NCBI GenBank assembly: GCA_964456135.1
Contig: CAYVZD010000003.1
Span: 18,905 to 60,293 of the forward strand
Direction of reading: 5' to 3'
Source: an uncultured Bifidobacterium sp.
Lineage (GTDB): Bacteria > Actinomycetota > Actinomycetes > S36-B12 > UBA5976
DNA: 41,389 nucleotides
Positions 9,612 through 20,722 of this stretch are shown one piece after another (the first letter of the stretch is position 1; every line of letters starts with the position of its first letter). The notes under the pieces were generated by a model, which saw only the letters and a list, made by a program, of their open reading frames with translations, made no database searches and had not been told where the DNA came from. Position numbers and translations under genes: made by a program.

Positions 9612-10481
9612 ATGGCAATTTTTCTAGATAAAAACAGCAAGATTTTAGTTCAAGGAATGACCGGAGCTGAAGGCACAAAGCACACCCGTCGCATGATTGC
9701 TTCTGGCACCAACGTTGTAGCCGGAGTTACTCCGGGTAAGGGCGGGCAAGAAGTCGATGGAATTCCTGTTTTTAATTCAGTTGGTGAAGCGATGGAGAAA
9801 ACCGGAGCCAATGTTTCGGTAGTTTTTGTGCCACCAAAGTTTGCCAAGGCTGCTGTAGTTGAAGCAGTTGATGCAGCTATTCCGCTTTGTGTGGTGATTA
9901 CTGAAGGAATTCCGGTGCATGACACCGCGTCGTTTTTTCAGTACGCGCAAAACAAAGGTAAAACACGAATTATTGGACCTAACTGCCCAGGGTTAATTAG
10001 TCCTGAGCAATCCAATGCTGGAATCATTCCAGGTGACATTACTAAAAAAGGTCGAATTGGTTTAGTTTCAAAATCAGGAACACTGACTTACCAAATGATG
10101 TTTGAATTGCGCGATTTAGGTTTTTCAACTTGCGTTGGTATCGGTGGCGATCCAATCATTGGAACAACTCACATAGATTGCTTGGCAGCATTTCAAAACG
10201 ATCCAGATACCGATGTCATAGTGATGATTGGTGAAATAGGTGGCGATGCCGAAGAGCGTGCAGCTGCATTTATCAAAGACAACGTCACGAAACCAGTAGT
10301 TGGTTACGTTGCTGGGTTTACTGCTCCTGAGGGCAAAACCATGGGACATGCAGGTGCAATCGTTTCTGGCTCCAGTGGTACTGCAGCAGCAAAGAAAGAT
10401 GCGCTCGAAGCAGTTGGTGTTCGTGTTGGAAAAACTCCAAGTGAAACAGCTCGACTAGTTCGCGAAGTAATTAGTAAGTAA
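9612..10481 (+). CDS. sucD: succinate--CoA ligase alpha subunit
   Basis: 289 aa. It has [13 protein letters not shown], the phosphohistidine loop GHAGAIVSG, and lies immediately downstream of sucC. Confidence 0.97.
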   Translation: MAIFLDKNSKILVQGMTGAEGTKHTRRMIASGTNVVAGVTPGKGGQEVDGIPVFNSVGEAMEKTGANVSVVFVPPKFAKAAVVEAVDAAIPLCVVITEGIPVHDTASFFQYAQNKGKTRIIGPNCPGLISPEQSNAGIIPGDITKKGRIGLVSKSGTLTYQMMFELRDLGFSTCVGIGGDPIIGTTHIDCLAAFQNDPDTDVIVMIGEIGGDAEERAAAFIKDNVTKPVVGYVAGFTAPEGKTMGHAGAIVSGSSGTAAAKKDALEAVGVRVGKTPSETARLVREVISK

Positions 10482-10551
10482 TTTTGCGCAACTAGATTCT
10501 GTTTAGGGTGTCGGATCACTAAATTGCGAACAAACCTGCGAACATTTTTAT

Positions 10552-11835
10552 GTGTCAATCCCGAACAATCGTCGCATTGCATCTGTAACTGAACAATGGC
10601 GACAGCCACATGACGATACTCAGGTAACAAATTACCCTGCTATTTTGGCAAGTTTGATTGCTGCATTTGTGGCTGCACTCGTTGGGTTGATGCTGTCATT
10701 TCTAGTGGTGATGGTTATTTGGCTATTTGCTGCTCATGGAAATGAATCAACTTTTCAGGTGGTTCGAGCATCAGCCATCGCATGGCAAGCAACACATTTA
10801 GTAAATGTTTCAATTAGTGGGACAACCATTGGTTTATTACCTTGGGGATTTTTAATTATTCCTGTATTTACAATTTCAAAAACAATGCAATGGGCAATTA
10901 AAAGTGCGCAACCAAAATCTGCAAAGCAATTCTGGGCGACTGCAATTTTTTATCTTATGTTTTATGGCGCAATTAGTAGTTTGATTTCTTTAATCAGTTC
11001 AACAGCTGGCTTACGGACAGATTTTGTTAATGCATTTACGTCAAGCGCCCTCTTGGCACTTATTGTTTGTAGCGGAATAGTTTTAACTTTCTCTCCGAAT
11101 CCAACTTTTTTGCTGACTAAATTACCAAAAGAATTTGTTGCTGGGTTAAAACCTGGCTTGGTTATATTTTTGATTTTTTGGTTAGTAAGTTCGTTACTAA
11201 CTGCAGCTCTGCTGGTCTTGAGATGGAGTGAAATTAAAACTGTTTCAGGTTTAATGGCGCCAAATAATCTCGATCAAATATTTCTTACTTTGCTAAGTAT
11301 TGGCTACCTACCGACCATAATCACTTGGGTCTATTCATATTTATTTGGAGCAACTATTTATCTAGGTGGAAGTGCGATAGTTAATACGAGTGTTGTAGCC
11401 CCCGGTGCGTTACCAGCATTCCCGCTACTTTCTATTTTGCCCAACGAAATTTACACTTGGACAAAATATTTGATCATAATTCCAGTTTTTATTGGCTGTT
11501 TAATTTATTTTTTGATTCCACGTGAGCCATGGAAAGCTAAAGGCGATTCACTTCCAGTTGCGCTGTCACACACAATTAGAATCCGTGAATTTATTCGCAT
11601 TTTGGCAGCTCTTGCTGTAGTGGGAGTTTTTACTTGGCTACTAGCAAGTTTTTCGAGTGGACCACTAGGTTCTGCTTACCTATCTTTTATGGGCCCAAAG
11701 GCCTTAGAAGTTTCATTGCAGACGGTGAAAGTGTTTGGTATCGCGGCGATAGTTACCTTATTAATTCCAAGAGTTATTCTGGCGATTATTTTCTGGTGGA
11801 CGCATCGACCAAAATCACCAAAACCAAATCCATAG
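10552..11835 (+). CDS. polytopic membrane protein, PerM-like (DUF6350-type)
   Basis: 427 aa with a GTG start and about 10 or more hydrophobic helices. The family call rests on conserved position between sucD and purN, as for M. tuberculosis perM/Rv0955 (from memory), rather than on a recognised motif. The start codon is uncertain. Confidence 0.55.
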   Translation: MSIPNNRRIASVTEQWRQPHDDTQVTNYPAILASLIAAFVAALVGLMLSFLVVMVIWLFAAHGNESTFQVVRASAIAWQATHLVNVSISGTTIGLLPWGFLIIPVFTISKTMQWAIKSAQPKSAKQFWATAIFYLMFYGAISSLISLISSTAGLRTDFVNAFTSSALLALIVCSGIVLTFSPNPTFLLTKLPKEFVAGLKPGLVIFLIFWLVSSLLTAALLVLRWSEIKTVSGLMAPNNLDQIFLTLLSIGYLPTIITWVYSYLFGATIYLGGSAIVNTSVVAPGALPAFPLLSILPNEIYTWTKYLIIIPVFIGCLIYFLIPREPWKAKGDSLPVALSHTIRIREFIRILAALAVVGVFTWLLASFSSGPLGSAYLSFMGPKALEVSLQTVKVFGIAAIVTLLIPRVILAIIFWWTHRPKSPKPNP

Positions 11836-11844
11836 ACTTCTCTT

Positions 11845-12426
11845 GTGACCGATTTTCGAATAGTTGTTTTGGCATCTGGATCGGGCACCCTTTTCCAAGC
11901 ATTAATTGATCAGCAGGATCTACATCAAGGCAAATTAGTTGGGCTAATCACAGACGTCGATTGTCCTGCAATTGACCGAGCGAAAAATTCGGCGATCCCA
12001 ACATTTTTAGTTCCATTAAATTCTGATCGAACCAAGTGGGATCAAGAATTAGCAAGAGTTTTAGCTGAACTAAACCCAGATTTAATTGTTTCGGCTGGAT
12101 TTATGAAAATCCTCGGTCATAAAGTGCTTGCCCAGTTCAAAGGAAAAATTATTAATACCCATCCAGCTCTTTTACCTAAATTTCCTGGCAGCCATGCAGT
12201 TGCTGATGCTTTGACTGCTGGAGAAAAAGTCACTGGGAGTACGATTCATTTCGTGGATGAAGGTGTAGATACTGGAGAAGTGATTACCCAAAAAGTGGTC
12301 GAGATTTTGCCGTCCGACTCCATCCAAACTTTACATGAACGTATCAAGCAGGTTGAAAAAGAATTACTGGTAAAAGTTGTAGCTCAATTTGTTTCAAGGG
12401 AACTGCTAGTCAAGGCAGGCAATTAA
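11845..12426 (+). CDS. purN: phosphoribosylglycinamide formyltransferase
   Basis: 193 aa with a GTG start. It has [16 protein letters not shown], the [13 protein letters not shown] catalytic motif, and lies upstream of purH. Confidence 0.93.
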   Translation: MTDFRIVVLASGSGTLFQALIDQQDLHQGKLVGLITDVDCPAIDRAKNSAIPTFLVPLNSDRTKWDQELARVLAELNPDLIVSAGFMKILGHKVLAQFKGKIINTHPALLPKFPGSHAVADALTAGEKVTGSTIHFVDEGVDTGEVITQKVVEILPSDSIQTLHERIKQVEKELLVKVVAQFVSRELLVKAGN

Positions 12427-12427
12427 C

Positions 12428-13987
12428 TTGAGCGATCGAATAAAAATTAACCGTGCGTTAGTTAGTGTCTCTGACAAAACTGGGTTAGTTGAGTTAGCTA
12501 CAGAATTGCACAATAACGGTGTCGAAATAGTTTCAACTGGAAGCACTGCACAAACTATTTCACAGGCGGGGATCCCAGTTACTGAAGTAAAAGAGGTAAC
12601 TGGGTTTACGGAATGTCTTGATGGTCGGGTAAAAACGTTACATCCAAACATTCATGCGGGCTTATTGGCTGATTTAACAAAACCAGAACATGTTAGGCAA
12701 CTAAAAGAACTAAAGATCACACCGTTTGAATTAGCAATTGTGAATTTGTATCCATTCTTGAAAACTGTTCAATCTGGCGCGAATGTTAGTGAATGTATTG
12801 AACAAATTGATATTGGTGGACCTGCTCTGGTTAGGGCCGGAGCAAAAAATCATCTCAATGTTGCTGTAGTTGTTAATCCAGCTTTGTACCCGCAATTACT
12901 CGATGCAGTGAAACAGGGTGGATTTACGTTGAGTGAACGGCAAAGTCTTGCTGTTAAAGCATTCAGTCACGTTGCTGAGTATGACGTTTCGGTAGCTACT
13001 TGGTTGGCAAAAAACCTAGCGGACAGTGACCAGGAATTTCCAAATTGGATTGGCAAAGTTTGGCATCGCCAGGCTCACCTACGCTACGGCGAAAACCCTC
13101 ATCAACGTGCAGCCGTTTATAAATCTGCCCAAACTGAAATTGGGTTAGCAAACTCTTTACAACTTCATGGCAAAGAAATGTCTTACAACAACTATGTTGA
13201 CGCCGATGCTGCTAGGCGAGCTGCTTACGACCATACACAACCAGCAGTAGCAATTATTAAACACGCAAACCCTTGTGGAATTGCCATCGGCTCAGACATC
13301 AATAGTGCTTACAAGGCAGCACATGCAACTGATCCAGTTTCGGCTTTCGGTGGAGTAATTGCGGCCAATAGAGAAGTAAATGCAGTTATGGCGGCAGCTG
13401 TAAGTGAAGTTTTTACCGAGGTTATTGTGGCACCAAGTTTTGAAAAAGAAGCACTTGAAATCTTGCGCAGAAAAGAAAATTTACGAATTTTGCAGGTTGA
13501 AGATGTGTCTACAGAAATTAATTATGAATCGCGCCCAATAACTGGGGGGATGCTTGTGCAAACTACAGATGTATTTCAAGCAAATGATTTTGATCCAAAG
13601 AATTGGAAATTAGTTTCGGGTAGCCCAGCAGACGAAGAAACAATCAGCGATTTAGTTTTTGCCTGGCGTGCGAGTCGATGCGTTAAATCGAATGGAATTT
13701 TATTGGCAAAATCGGGTGCCGCAGTTGGAATTGGAATGGGACAAGTAAATCGAGTCGATAGTGCGCGTCTGGCAGTAAGTAGAGCAGGTGCTTCTCGAGC
13801 AGCGAATAGTGTGGCTGCCTCTGATGCTTTTTTCCCATTTGCTGATGGACTTCAAGTTTTATTGGATGCTGGAGTAAAAGCAATCGTGCAACCAGGTGGA
13901 TCAGTTCGAGATAGTGAAGTTATTGAGGCGGCAAACAAAGCCGGTGTGACAATGTATTTCACTGATACGAGGCATTTTTTCCATTGA
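12428..13987 (+). CDS. purH: bifunctional AICAR transformylase / IMP cyclohydrolase
   Basis: 519 aa with a TTG start 1 nt after the purN stop. It has an MGS-like N-terminal domain ([11 protein letters not shown]...GRVKTLHP) and an AICARFT domain ending in TDTRHFFH. Confidence 0.96.
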   Translation: MSDRIKINRALVSVSDKTGLVELATELHNNGVEIVSTGSTAQTISQAGIPVTEVKEVTGFTECLDGRVKTLHPNIHAGLLADLTKPEHVRQLKELKITPFELAIVNLYPFLKTVQSGANVSECIEQIDIGGPALVRAGAKNHLNVAVVVNPALYPQLLDAVKQGGFTLSERQSLAVKAFSHVAEYDVSVATWLAKNLADSDQEFPNWIGKVWHRQAHLRYGENPHQRAAVYKSAQTEIGLANSLQLHGKEMSYNNYVDADAARRAAYDHTQPAVAIIKHANPCGIAIGSDINSAYKAAHATDPVSAFGGVIAANREVNAVMAAAVSEVFTEVIVAPSFEKEALEILRRKENLRILQVEDVSTEINYESRPITGGMLVQTTDVFQANDFDPKNWKLVSGSPADEETISDLVFAWRASRCVKSNGILLAKSGAAVGIGMGQVNRVDSARLAVSRAGASRAANSVAASDAFFPFADGLQVLLDAGVKAIVQPGGSVRDSEVIEAANKAGVTMYFTDTRHFFH

Positions 13988-15009
13988 GTAAAGTCGCAAA
14001 AAAACAAAAAGTAAATCCTTGGCATTTATTAATTGGGTTATTAGTAGCCACATTCAATAGTTCGCAAGCCAGAGTGAATGGTGAGTTAGGCGCGGTTTTA
14101 GATAATGCAATTGTTGCTGCTTTAGTTTCATTTGGTTCAGGGTTAACTATTTTGTTTATCGGTCTTGCTTTAATCAAACCGGCTCGAAAAGCATATTTCG
14201 GAGTTCCAAAATTAATTCGAACTCAAAAGTTACATTGGTGGCAAATTATTGGTGGAACTGCCGGTGCTTTATTTGTCATCGGACAGGGCTTTGTTGTTCC
14301 GGTAGTTGGGGTGGCAATTTTTGTTATATCAGTTGTTGCAGGGCAAACTTGCGCATCTTTGCTTGTCGATAAATATGGTTTAGGTCCTGCTGGGCCAAAA
14401 CCAGTTACGATTCTTCGAGTTTTTTCAGCTGGTTTGGCAGTTGTGGGAGTGGTTATCGCAGTTCTTGGTCGCGCTCACACAGGAACATTTAATTTACCGA
14501 TGGTTATTTATATGTTTACTGTTGGCGCGCTTACTTCGGCTCAGCATGCGATGAATGGGCGAGTTGCACAAGAGACCAGACAACCTTGGGCTACAACGAC
14601 ACTTAATTTCACCGTTGGGATGACGGTACTGTTGATTTTGTTCCTGCTTTATAACTTAATTACCGATGTAGCTATTCCTATTCCACCAGCACCGTGGGAA
14701 CAGCCACTTCTATGGACCGGCGGTGCAATTGGAATCGTATTCATTGTTTCGGCAGTCGTGCTTGTTCGTACACTTGGGATTTTGATTTTTGCTTTAGTTT
14801 CAGTAGTTGGACAACTATTAGGTGCTGTGCTTCTCGATATCTTTTTTCCAACGCCTGGCAATACCGTTACTTTCCAAGTTTTACTTGGAATCGCAATTAC
14901 AGTTGTGGCAGTGATAATCGCATCGTTACAATCCAATGTGACAAGCGCTCAAGAGAAAAATGAAGTATTTGTCCCAGAGGCTGATCCTGCTTCAGTTACT
15001 ACGGATTAA
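13984..15009 (+). CDS. DMT-superfamily membrane protein (tandem DUF606/YdcZ-like halves)
   Basis: 341 aa with a TTG start overlapping the purH stop by 4 nt. It has about 10 TM helices in two similar halves. The family assignment comes from the overall pattern only. Confidence 0.55.
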   Translation: MSKVAKKQKVNPWHLLIGLLVATFNSSQARVNGELGAVLDNAIVAALVSFGSGLTILFIGLALIKPARKAYFGVPKLIRTQKLHWWQIIGGTAGALFVIGQGFVVPVVGVAIFVISVVAGQTCASLLVDKYGLGPAGPKPVTILRVFSAGLAVVGVVIAVLGRAHTGTFNLPMVIYMFTVGALTSAQHAMNGRVAQETRQPWATTTLNFTVGMTVLLILFLLYNLITDVAIPIPPAPWEQPLLWTGGAIGIVFIVSAVVLVRTLGILIFALVSVVGQLLGAVLLDIFFPTPGNTVTFQVLLGIAITVVAVIIASLQSNVTSAQEKNEVFVPEADPASVTTD

Positions 15010-15010
15010 G

Positions 15011-15277
15011 ATGAAACGTTTATTTGCTAAGCAATGGCCAGCCTTACTGGTTTATTTCGCTGTTTCATTGGCCATGGTGGTGGCTGTCCAACTTAATTTC
15101 AGAACTGGTGCAATCGGGTTGGCACTCTGCGTACTGCTAGCTTTCCTGTTGCGTTTTTACTTACCGGATGCCAAAGCGGGTTGGCTTAAATCGCGTCGGC
15201 GCAGGATCGACCTAACTTTTCTTGCGGCCTTGGGTGTGGCCTTATTGATTTTGGCTCTTGTGGTTCCTTATCGGTAA
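15011..15277 (+). CDS. small membrane protein (DUF3017-like)
   Basis: The ATG at 15011 (MKRLFAKQWPALLVYF...) lies 1 nt after the upstream stop. It encodes 88 aa with two hydrophobic helices around a basic loop (KSRRRRID). The track ORF start at 14960 lies inside the previous gene and is unlikely. Confidence 0.5.
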   Translation: MKRLFAKQWPALLVYFAVSLAMVVAVQLNFRTGAIGLALCVLLAFLLRFYLPDAKAGWLKSRRRRIDLTFLAALGVALLILALVVPYR

Positions 15278-15375
15278 CCGCAGTAATTATTAAAAATTGC
15301 AAGCCGTAGAATTTATGTATCTTGAGGTCAAGACATTTTAGGTCTGACTTAGATTATTGAAGGGTTGCGATCACA

Positions 15376-16326
15376 TTGGCCGGAAAAGTTACCGTTGTAG
15401 GCGCAGGTTTTTACGGTTCAACAACTGCACAGCGAATTGCTGAATACAACATAGTGGACACAGTTGTGCTGACTGACATTCTGGAAGGTAAACCAGAAGG
15501 ATTAGCGCTCGATCTAAATCAGTCTCGATCAATCGAAGGATTTGAAACTAAAGTAATTGGGCAAACCACTACTCCTGATGGCCAAGGATACGAAGCCATT
15601 GCTGGATCTGACGTTGTTGTTATTACAGCAGGGCTACCACGTAAACCAGGTATGAGCCGAATGGATTTAATTGAAACAAACGCAAAAATTGTTCGGTCAG
15701 TTGCAGAGAATGTGGCCAAACACGCACCAAACTCGGTGATCATAGTTGTTTCTAACCCGTTAGATGAAATGACCGCACTTGCACAATTAGCAAGCGGCTT
15801 TCCAAAAGAACGAGTTATGGGACAAGCCGGAATGCTAGATACCGCTCGCTTTACAAATTTTGTTGCCGAAGAACTTAAGGTTCCAGTTGCTTCAGTGCAG
15901 ACTTTAACGCTTGGATCACACGGTGACACCATGGTTCCGGTTCCATCACGATGCACAGTTGATGGCAAGCCGCTAAGTGAATTGTTGTCTGCAGAAAAAA
16001 TTGAAGAACTGGTTGTCCGTACTCGAAATGGTGGAGCCGAAGTAGTTGCTTTACTAAAAACTGGATCTGCTTATTACGCTCCATCAGCAGCAGCCGCGCG
16101 AATGGCCAAAGCTGTGATCGAAGATTCAGGTGCAGTAATGCCAGTGTGTGCTTGGGTCGATGGCGAATACGGAATTAATGGCGTTTACCTCGGTGTTGAA
16201 GCCCAAATAGGTAAGGGCGGCATTAAGAAAGTTGTTGAAACAAAACTTTCCGAAAAAGAACTTGCTGGTCTTAAAGAAGCCGCTGAAGCTGTTCGCGAAA
16301 AACAAGCAGACGTAAAAGATTTATAA
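15376..16326 (+). CDS. mdh: malate dehydrogenase (LDH-like, type 3)
   Basis: 316 aa with a TTG start. It has the Rossmann motif VVGAGFYG and the substrate loop GLPRKPGMSRMDL. The Arg at the MDH/LDH discriminating position indicates malate specificity. The catalytic-His region LGSHGD is present. Confidence 0.95.
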   Translation: MAGKVTVVGAGFYGSTTAQRIAEYNIVDTVVLTDILEGKPEGLALDLNQSRSIEGFETKVIGQTTTPDGQGYEAIAGSDVVVITAGLPRKPGMSRMDLIETNAKIVRSVAENVAKHAPNSVIIVVSNPLDEMTALAQLASGFPKERVMGQAGMLDTARFTNFVAEELKVPVASVQTLTLGSHGDTMVPVPSRCTVDGKPLSELLSAEKIEELVVRTRNGGAEVVALLKTGSAYYAPSAAAARMAKAVIEDSGAVMPVCAWVDGEYGINGVYLGVEAQIGKGGIKKVVETKLSEKELAGLKEAAEAVREKQADVKDL

Positions 16327-16341
16327 AAAGAGAAGTTGAGC

Positions 16342-17556
16342 ATGTCAAAGATAAAAGTCCAAGGAACTGTCGTTGATCTAGACGGCGACGAGATGACCCG
16401 AATTATTTGGTCATTTATTAAAGAACAACTAATCCTTCCTTATCTGGATATAAACATTGATTATTACGACCTTGGTATTGAAAATCGAGATGCGACAGAT
16501 GATCAAGTAACTGTAGATGCCGCTAATGCAATCAAAAAGCATGGCGTAGGTATTAAGTGCGCAACAATCACCCCAGATGAAGCGCGCGTTAAGGAATTTG
16601 GTCTAAAGAAAATGTGGAAGTCACCAAATGGAACAATCCGCAACATTTTAGGTGGCGTAATATTCCGAGAACCAATCATCATCAGTAACATCCCACGTTT
16701 GGTTCCAGGTTGGACAAAGCCCATCATTGTAGGTCGACATGCCTTTGGTGATCAGTACAAAGCCACAGATACAAAAATCCCAGGCGAAGGTACCCTAACG
16801 TTAACTTTCACACCTAAAGATGGCAGTGCACCAATTGAATTAAATGTTTTCGATTTCCCAAGTAGTGGCGTTGCTTTAGCTATGTACAACTTGGACGAAT
16901 CAATTCGTGAATTTGCTAGAGCAAGTATGCGATATGGATTGAGTCGAAAATATCCGGTTTATCTTTCGACAAAAAATACAATTCTTAAAGCGTATGACGG
17001 TCGATTTAAAGATATTTTTCAAGAAGTCTTTGAGACAGAATTCAAATCTGAATTTGATCAAGCTGGAATCACATACGAACACCGATTAATTGATGACATG
17101 GTAGCCAGTGCTCTTAAGTGGGAGGGTGGTTATGTCTGGGCATGTAAAAACTACGATGGCGATGTGCAAAGTGACACAGTTGCTCAAGGTTTCGGATCGC
17201 TCGGGTTAATGACAAGTGTTCTAATGACACCAGATGGTAAAACGATTGAAGCTGAAGCGGCACACGGAACTGTTACGCGCCATTACCGTCAACATCAACA
17301 AGGTAAGGCAACCTCGACAAATCCGATTGCCTCGATTTTCGCTTGGACTCAAGGATTAGCCCACCGAGGCAAGCTAGATGGCACACCAGAAGTAACAAAC
17401 TTTGCGCAGACACTTGAGCGAGTCTGTATCGAAACTGTCGAAAGCGGAAAGATGACCAAAGATTTAGCGGTTTTGATTTCTGATAGTCAGCCATACTTAA
17501 CCACCGAAGAATTCTTGGCTGCGATCAACGAAAACTTGCAGAAAGCAATGGCTTAA
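16342..17556 (+). CDS. icd: NADP-dependent isocitrate dehydrogenase, eukaryote-like homodimeric subfamily II
   Basis: The sequence is very close to IDH1-type enzymes ([49 protein letters not shown]). I prefer the ATG at 16342, which is 7 nt after AGAGAAG. The in-frame TTG at 16336 is the alternative. Confidence 0.95.
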   Translation: MSKIKVQGTVVDLDGDEMTRIIWSFIKEQLILPYLDINIDYYDLGIENRDATDDQVTVDAANAIKKHGVGIKCATITPDEARVKEFGLKKMWKSPNGTIRNILGGVIFREPIIISNIPRLVPGWTKPIIVGRHAFGDQYKATDTKIPGEGTLTLTFTPKDGSAPIELNVFDFPSSGVALAMYNLDESIREFARASMRYGLSRKYPVYLSTKNTILKAYDGRFKDIFQEVFETEFKSEFDQAGITYEHRLIDDMVASALKWEGGYVWACKNYDGDVQSDTVAQGFGSLGLMTSVLMTPDGKTIEAEAAHGTVTRHYRQHQQGKATSTNPIASIFAWTQGLAHRGKLDGTPEVTNFAQTLERVCIETVESGKMTKDLAVLISDSQPYLTTEEFLAAINENLQKAMA

Positions 17557-17567
17557 TAGGTTTATTT

Positions 17568-18383
17568 GTGCTTGGCGTAGTAACGGTAAATGTAAACGGA
17601 GTACGAGCCACTGCCCGTCGTGGCGGGCTGGATTGGATTAAGAAACAACTTGATTCAGGTGAAGTTCAGGTTGTTTGTTTACAAGAAGTTAGATCTACTA
17701 CTGACCAACTGCATGAGGAATTAGCTAAAGCCAACCTTTCTGAACTTGCGGTAGCACATGACTCGAGTGCAAGACTTGGGCACTCTGGAGTAGCTATCTT
17801 AAGTACGTTGCCCTTAAGTAAAGTAAAAACTGGGATTGGGCCAAAAGAGTTTGCTAATACTGGCAGATTCGTTCAAGCAACTATTGCGACAAAAAAAGCT
17901 GAAGTAACTGTTGCTTCAATCTATGTACATGCTGGAGATGTTGAGAAACCTGTTCAACAAGAAAAGTATCGTTTTTTAGATGCGCTTAGTAAAAAATTAA
18001 AAACTGCTCAACAAGCCGGAGATTTGTTTCTCGCTTGTGGTGATTTAAATGTTGCCCATCGAGAAGCTGATTTAAAAAATTGGAAAGGGAATATCGGCAA
18101 AGCCGGTTTTCTTGAAGAAGAAAGAGCATACTTCGATCATTGGTTTGAAAAAATTGGCATTGTAGATTTAGGAAGGCACCATGCTGGAGATGTCGAAGGT
18201 CCATACACTTGGTGGTCTTGGCGCGGTAAAGCTTTTGATACCGATACTGGATGGCGAATTGACTATCACTTAAGTACAAAAGAATTAGCAAAACACTTGG
18301 CTGAAGTTAAAGTTACGAGAGCCAAGTCGTATGCCCAAAGGTGGAGTGATCATGCACCTGTTACAGCAAAATTCGCGCTGTAA
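17568..18383 (+). CDS. xthA: exodeoxyribonuclease III (AP endonuclease)
   Basis: 271 aa with a GTG start. The EEP-fold motifs are present: VNVNGVRA, CLQEV, GDLNVAH, RIDY, SDHAPV. Confidence 0.92.
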   Translation: MLGVVTVNVNGVRATARRGGLDWIKKQLDSGEVQVVCLQEVRSTTDQLHEELAKANLSELAVAHDSSARLGHSGVAILSTLPLSKVKTGIGPKEFANTGRFVQATIATKKAEVTVASIYVHAGDVEKPVQQEKYRFLDALSKKLKTAQQAGDLFLACGDLNVAHREADLKNWKGNIGKAGFLEEERAYFDHWFEKIGIVDLGRHHAGDVEGPYTWWSWRGKAFDTDTGWRIDYHLSTKELAKHLAEVKVTRAKSYAQRWSDHAPVTAKFAL

Positions 18384-18424
18384 ACAAAGTTGCTATATTG
18401 GGATTTGCTTAATTTGAAGGGCAA

Positions 18425-19717
18425 ATGAATAATTTCTGGCAGACCATTTCGATGGTGCTTTTATTTACAATTATTGGCGGCGTATTCGCTGCCGCTGAAA
18501 CCGCGCTAATTTCACTTCGTGACAGTCAAGTTAAAAAATTAAGCACAACTAAAGGTCGCCGTGGAAAACGTCTAGAAAAACTTATGGAAAATCCAAGTAG
18601 ATTCTTGGGTGCAGTTCAGGTTGGCGTCACATTAGCTGGGTTCTTGTCTGCTGGCTATGGCGCTTCACGCCTCGTCCCGATTTTTTCGCCCTTTCTTAGT
18701 GACCTTGGTTTGAGTGAGAATTTTTCAGAAACTATCGCGTTTGTTTTTGGTACGTTACTCATCGCATACATATCTTTAGTCATTGGTGAACTTACGCCGA
18801 AGAGATTGGCTCTACAACATGCCGAACGTTATGCATTATTTTTGGCTAGCTCAGTAGATGTAATGGCGAAATTTACGGCACCATTTATTTGGCTTCTTTC
18901 CAAGTCAAGTGACGCAATCGTTCGCCTACTCGGCGGAGATCCGGCCGCTGGAAAAGAACAAATTTCTGAAGAAGAATTACGTGGCATGGTGGCAGCGCAC
19001 GAAGAGCTAACCCATGAAGAACGTGAACTGATTGCAGATGTATTTAGTGCCGGCGACCGTGAGATCAAAGAAATTATGATCCCGCGAACAGAAGTTGCCT
19101 TTCTTGATTCTGATTTACCCGTATTTAAAGCAGTAAAGATAATTGCGGATAAACCTCACTCGCGGTACCCGGTTGCCGATGAATCGCAAGATGATGTGGT
19201 TGGTTTTGTCCACGTACGAGATCTTCTTGATCCCGAGTTACAAGGTCGCTCAATTCGGATTGGCGATCTAGCCCGCGAAGTATTGCGCTTACCTGGATCA
19301 AAGCAGTTAATTCCTACCTTGACGCAAATGCGTGCAGAAAGTGCACACATGGCAATAGTCGTAGATGAATATGGCGGCACCGCAGGAATCATCACTCTTG
19401 AAGATTTAGTTGAAGAACTCATTGGCGACATTCGTGATGAATATGACACAGATGAATCTGAGGGTGTAATTAAGCCAGACACTGATTTAGTTGTTGACGG
19501 CCTGTTAAATCTTGATGACTTTAATGACGAAACTTCAATTGAACTGCCAGATGGACCATATGAAACTGCTGCAGGTTTTATCGCAGCCAGATTAGGTCGA
19601 TTACCTATGGTTAACGATGAAGTTAGTGTCCCTGGCGGAAAATTAACTGTGGTTGAGATGGATGGTCGCCGAGTTTCGCGGATACATGTCGTACGACAAT
19701 TGCAAAATAAGGCATGA
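18425..19717 (+). CDS. CNNM/hemolysin-family membrane protein (DUF21 + CBS pair + CorC_HlyC)
   Basis: 430 aa. It has an N-terminal 4-TM DUF21 domain (AAETALISL), a tandem CBS region (IMIPRTEV...HSRYPV, MAIVVDEYGGTAGIITLEDLVEELIG) and a C-terminal transporter-associated domain. Confidence 0.88.
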   Translation: MNNFWQTISMVLLFTIIGGVFAAAETALISLRDSQVKKLSTTKGRRGKRLEKLMENPSRFLGAVQVGVTLAGFLSAGYGASRLVPIFSPFLSDLGLSENFSETIAFVFGTLLIAYISLVIGELTPKRLALQHAERYALFLASSVDVMAKFTAPFIWLLSKSSDAIVRLLGGDPAAGKEQISEEELRGMVAAHEELTHEERELIADVFSAGDREIKEIMIPRTEVAFLDSDLPVFKAVKIIADKPHSRYPVADESQDDVVGFVHVRDLLDPELQGRSIRIGDLAREVLRLPGSKQLIPTLTQMRAESAHMAIVVDEYGGTAGIITLEDLVEELIGDIRDEYDTDESEGVIKPDTDLVVDGLLNLDDFNDETSIELPDGPYETAAGFIAARLGRLPMVNDEVSVPGGKLTVVEMDGRRVSRIHVVRQLQNKA

Positions 19718-19729
19718 CACAATAGACCA

Positions 19730-20722
19730 GTGAGTAAACCAAGAGTTTTATCTGGCATCCAACCAACGCATGACAGTTTTCACATTGGAAATCACCTAGG
19801 TGCGTTGAAAAATTGGGTGGCGATGCAAGAGTCGCACGATTGCGTCTACTTCATAGCCGACTTACACGCTATTACTGTTGAGCACGATCCTAAACTTTTA
19901 AAGGAGAGAACGCTTGTCTCTTATGCTCAATTACTAGCACTTGGAATTGATCCAGAAAAATCAACTTTGTTGGTACAAAGCCAAGTTCCACAACATGCTC
20001 AACTTATGTGGGTTATGTCTTGTATCACGGGTATCGGTGAAGCAAACCGCATGACGCAATTCAAGGATAAATCTGCAAAAGGTGGCGCAGCTTCAGCGAG
20101 CGTAGGTTTACTCACCTACCCAATACTTCAAGCCGCGGATATCTTGCTCTACCAAGCAAATCAAGTACCAGTTGGTGAAGACCAGCGACAACATCTAGAG
20201 CTAACTAGAGATTTGGCGCTACGTTTTAATAATCGTTTTGGTGAGGTGTTCACCGTTCCAGAAGCCTTTATTGTAAAAGAAACTGCAAAAATAATGGATT
20301 TGCAGGAACCAACAGCGAAAATGAGTAAGTCATCACCAAGTGGATGTATCAATTTATTAGATCCAATTAAAGTGACCGAAAAGAAATTCAAATCTGCGGT
20401 TACTGACTCAGAAACTGAGATTAAATTTGACCAAGCCAAGAAACCTGGCGTTTCTAATTTGCTGCTAATTAATAGTGCCTACTCTGGCAAAGCAGTGCCA
20501 CAGTTAGTTAATGATTTTGCTGGACGGATGTATGGAGACCTCAAAAAAGATACAGCAGAAGTTGTAATTTCTTTCATTGAGCCCTATCAAGCACGAGTAC
20601 AAGAATTGCTCACAGAAAAATCAGAATTAGAAAAGTTGATGCATGTTGGAGCGACAAAAGCTCAAGAGATTGCCCAAAAAACATTAACTAGTGTTTATGA
20701 AAAAGTTGGTTTTGCAAAGTAA
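19730..20722 (+). CDS. trpS: tryptophan--tRNA ligase
   Basis: 330 aa with a GTG start. It has the class-I HIGH variant (FHIGNHLG), KMSKS, and the [13 protein letters not shown] motif. Confidence 0.96.
   Translation: MSKPRVLSGIQPTHDSFHIGNHLGALKNWVAMQESHDCVYFIADLHAITVEHDPKLLKERTLVSYAQLLALGIDPEKSTLLVQSQVPQHAQLMWVMSCITGIGEANRMTQFKDKSAKGGAASASVGLLTYPILQAADILLYQANQVPVGEDQRQHLELTRDLALRFNNRFGEVFTVPEAFIVKETAKIMDLQEPTAKMSKSSPSGCINLLDPIKVTEKKFKSAVTDSETEIKFDQAKKPGVSNLLLINSAYSGKAVPQLVNDFAGRMYGDLKKDTAEVVISFIEPYQARVQELLTEKSELEKLMHVGATKAQEIAQKTLTSVYEKVGFAK

Noticed and set aside
15330-15357. An imperfect hairpin, GGTCAAGAC-ATTTTAG-GTCTGACT, between the small membrane gene and mdh. It could be a terminator or attenuator.
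   Set aside because: The stem has a bulge and no U-tract follows it, so it is not a convincing intrinsic terminator. It may be part of the mdh leader or promoter, but I cannot support a specific call.
19156-19758. Long antisense ORFs inside well-supported genes. Examples are the 200-aa ORF opposite the CNNM gene, 161 aa at 9155-9640 opposite sucC, 149 aa at 15519-15968 opposite mdh and 139 aa at 37565-37984 opposite mtrB.
   Set aside because: Their translations are Ser/Thr/Pro/Arg-rich low-complexity strings with no recognisable motifs. They lie entirely within genes whose sense-strand products have strong family signatures. They are classic shadow ORFs.
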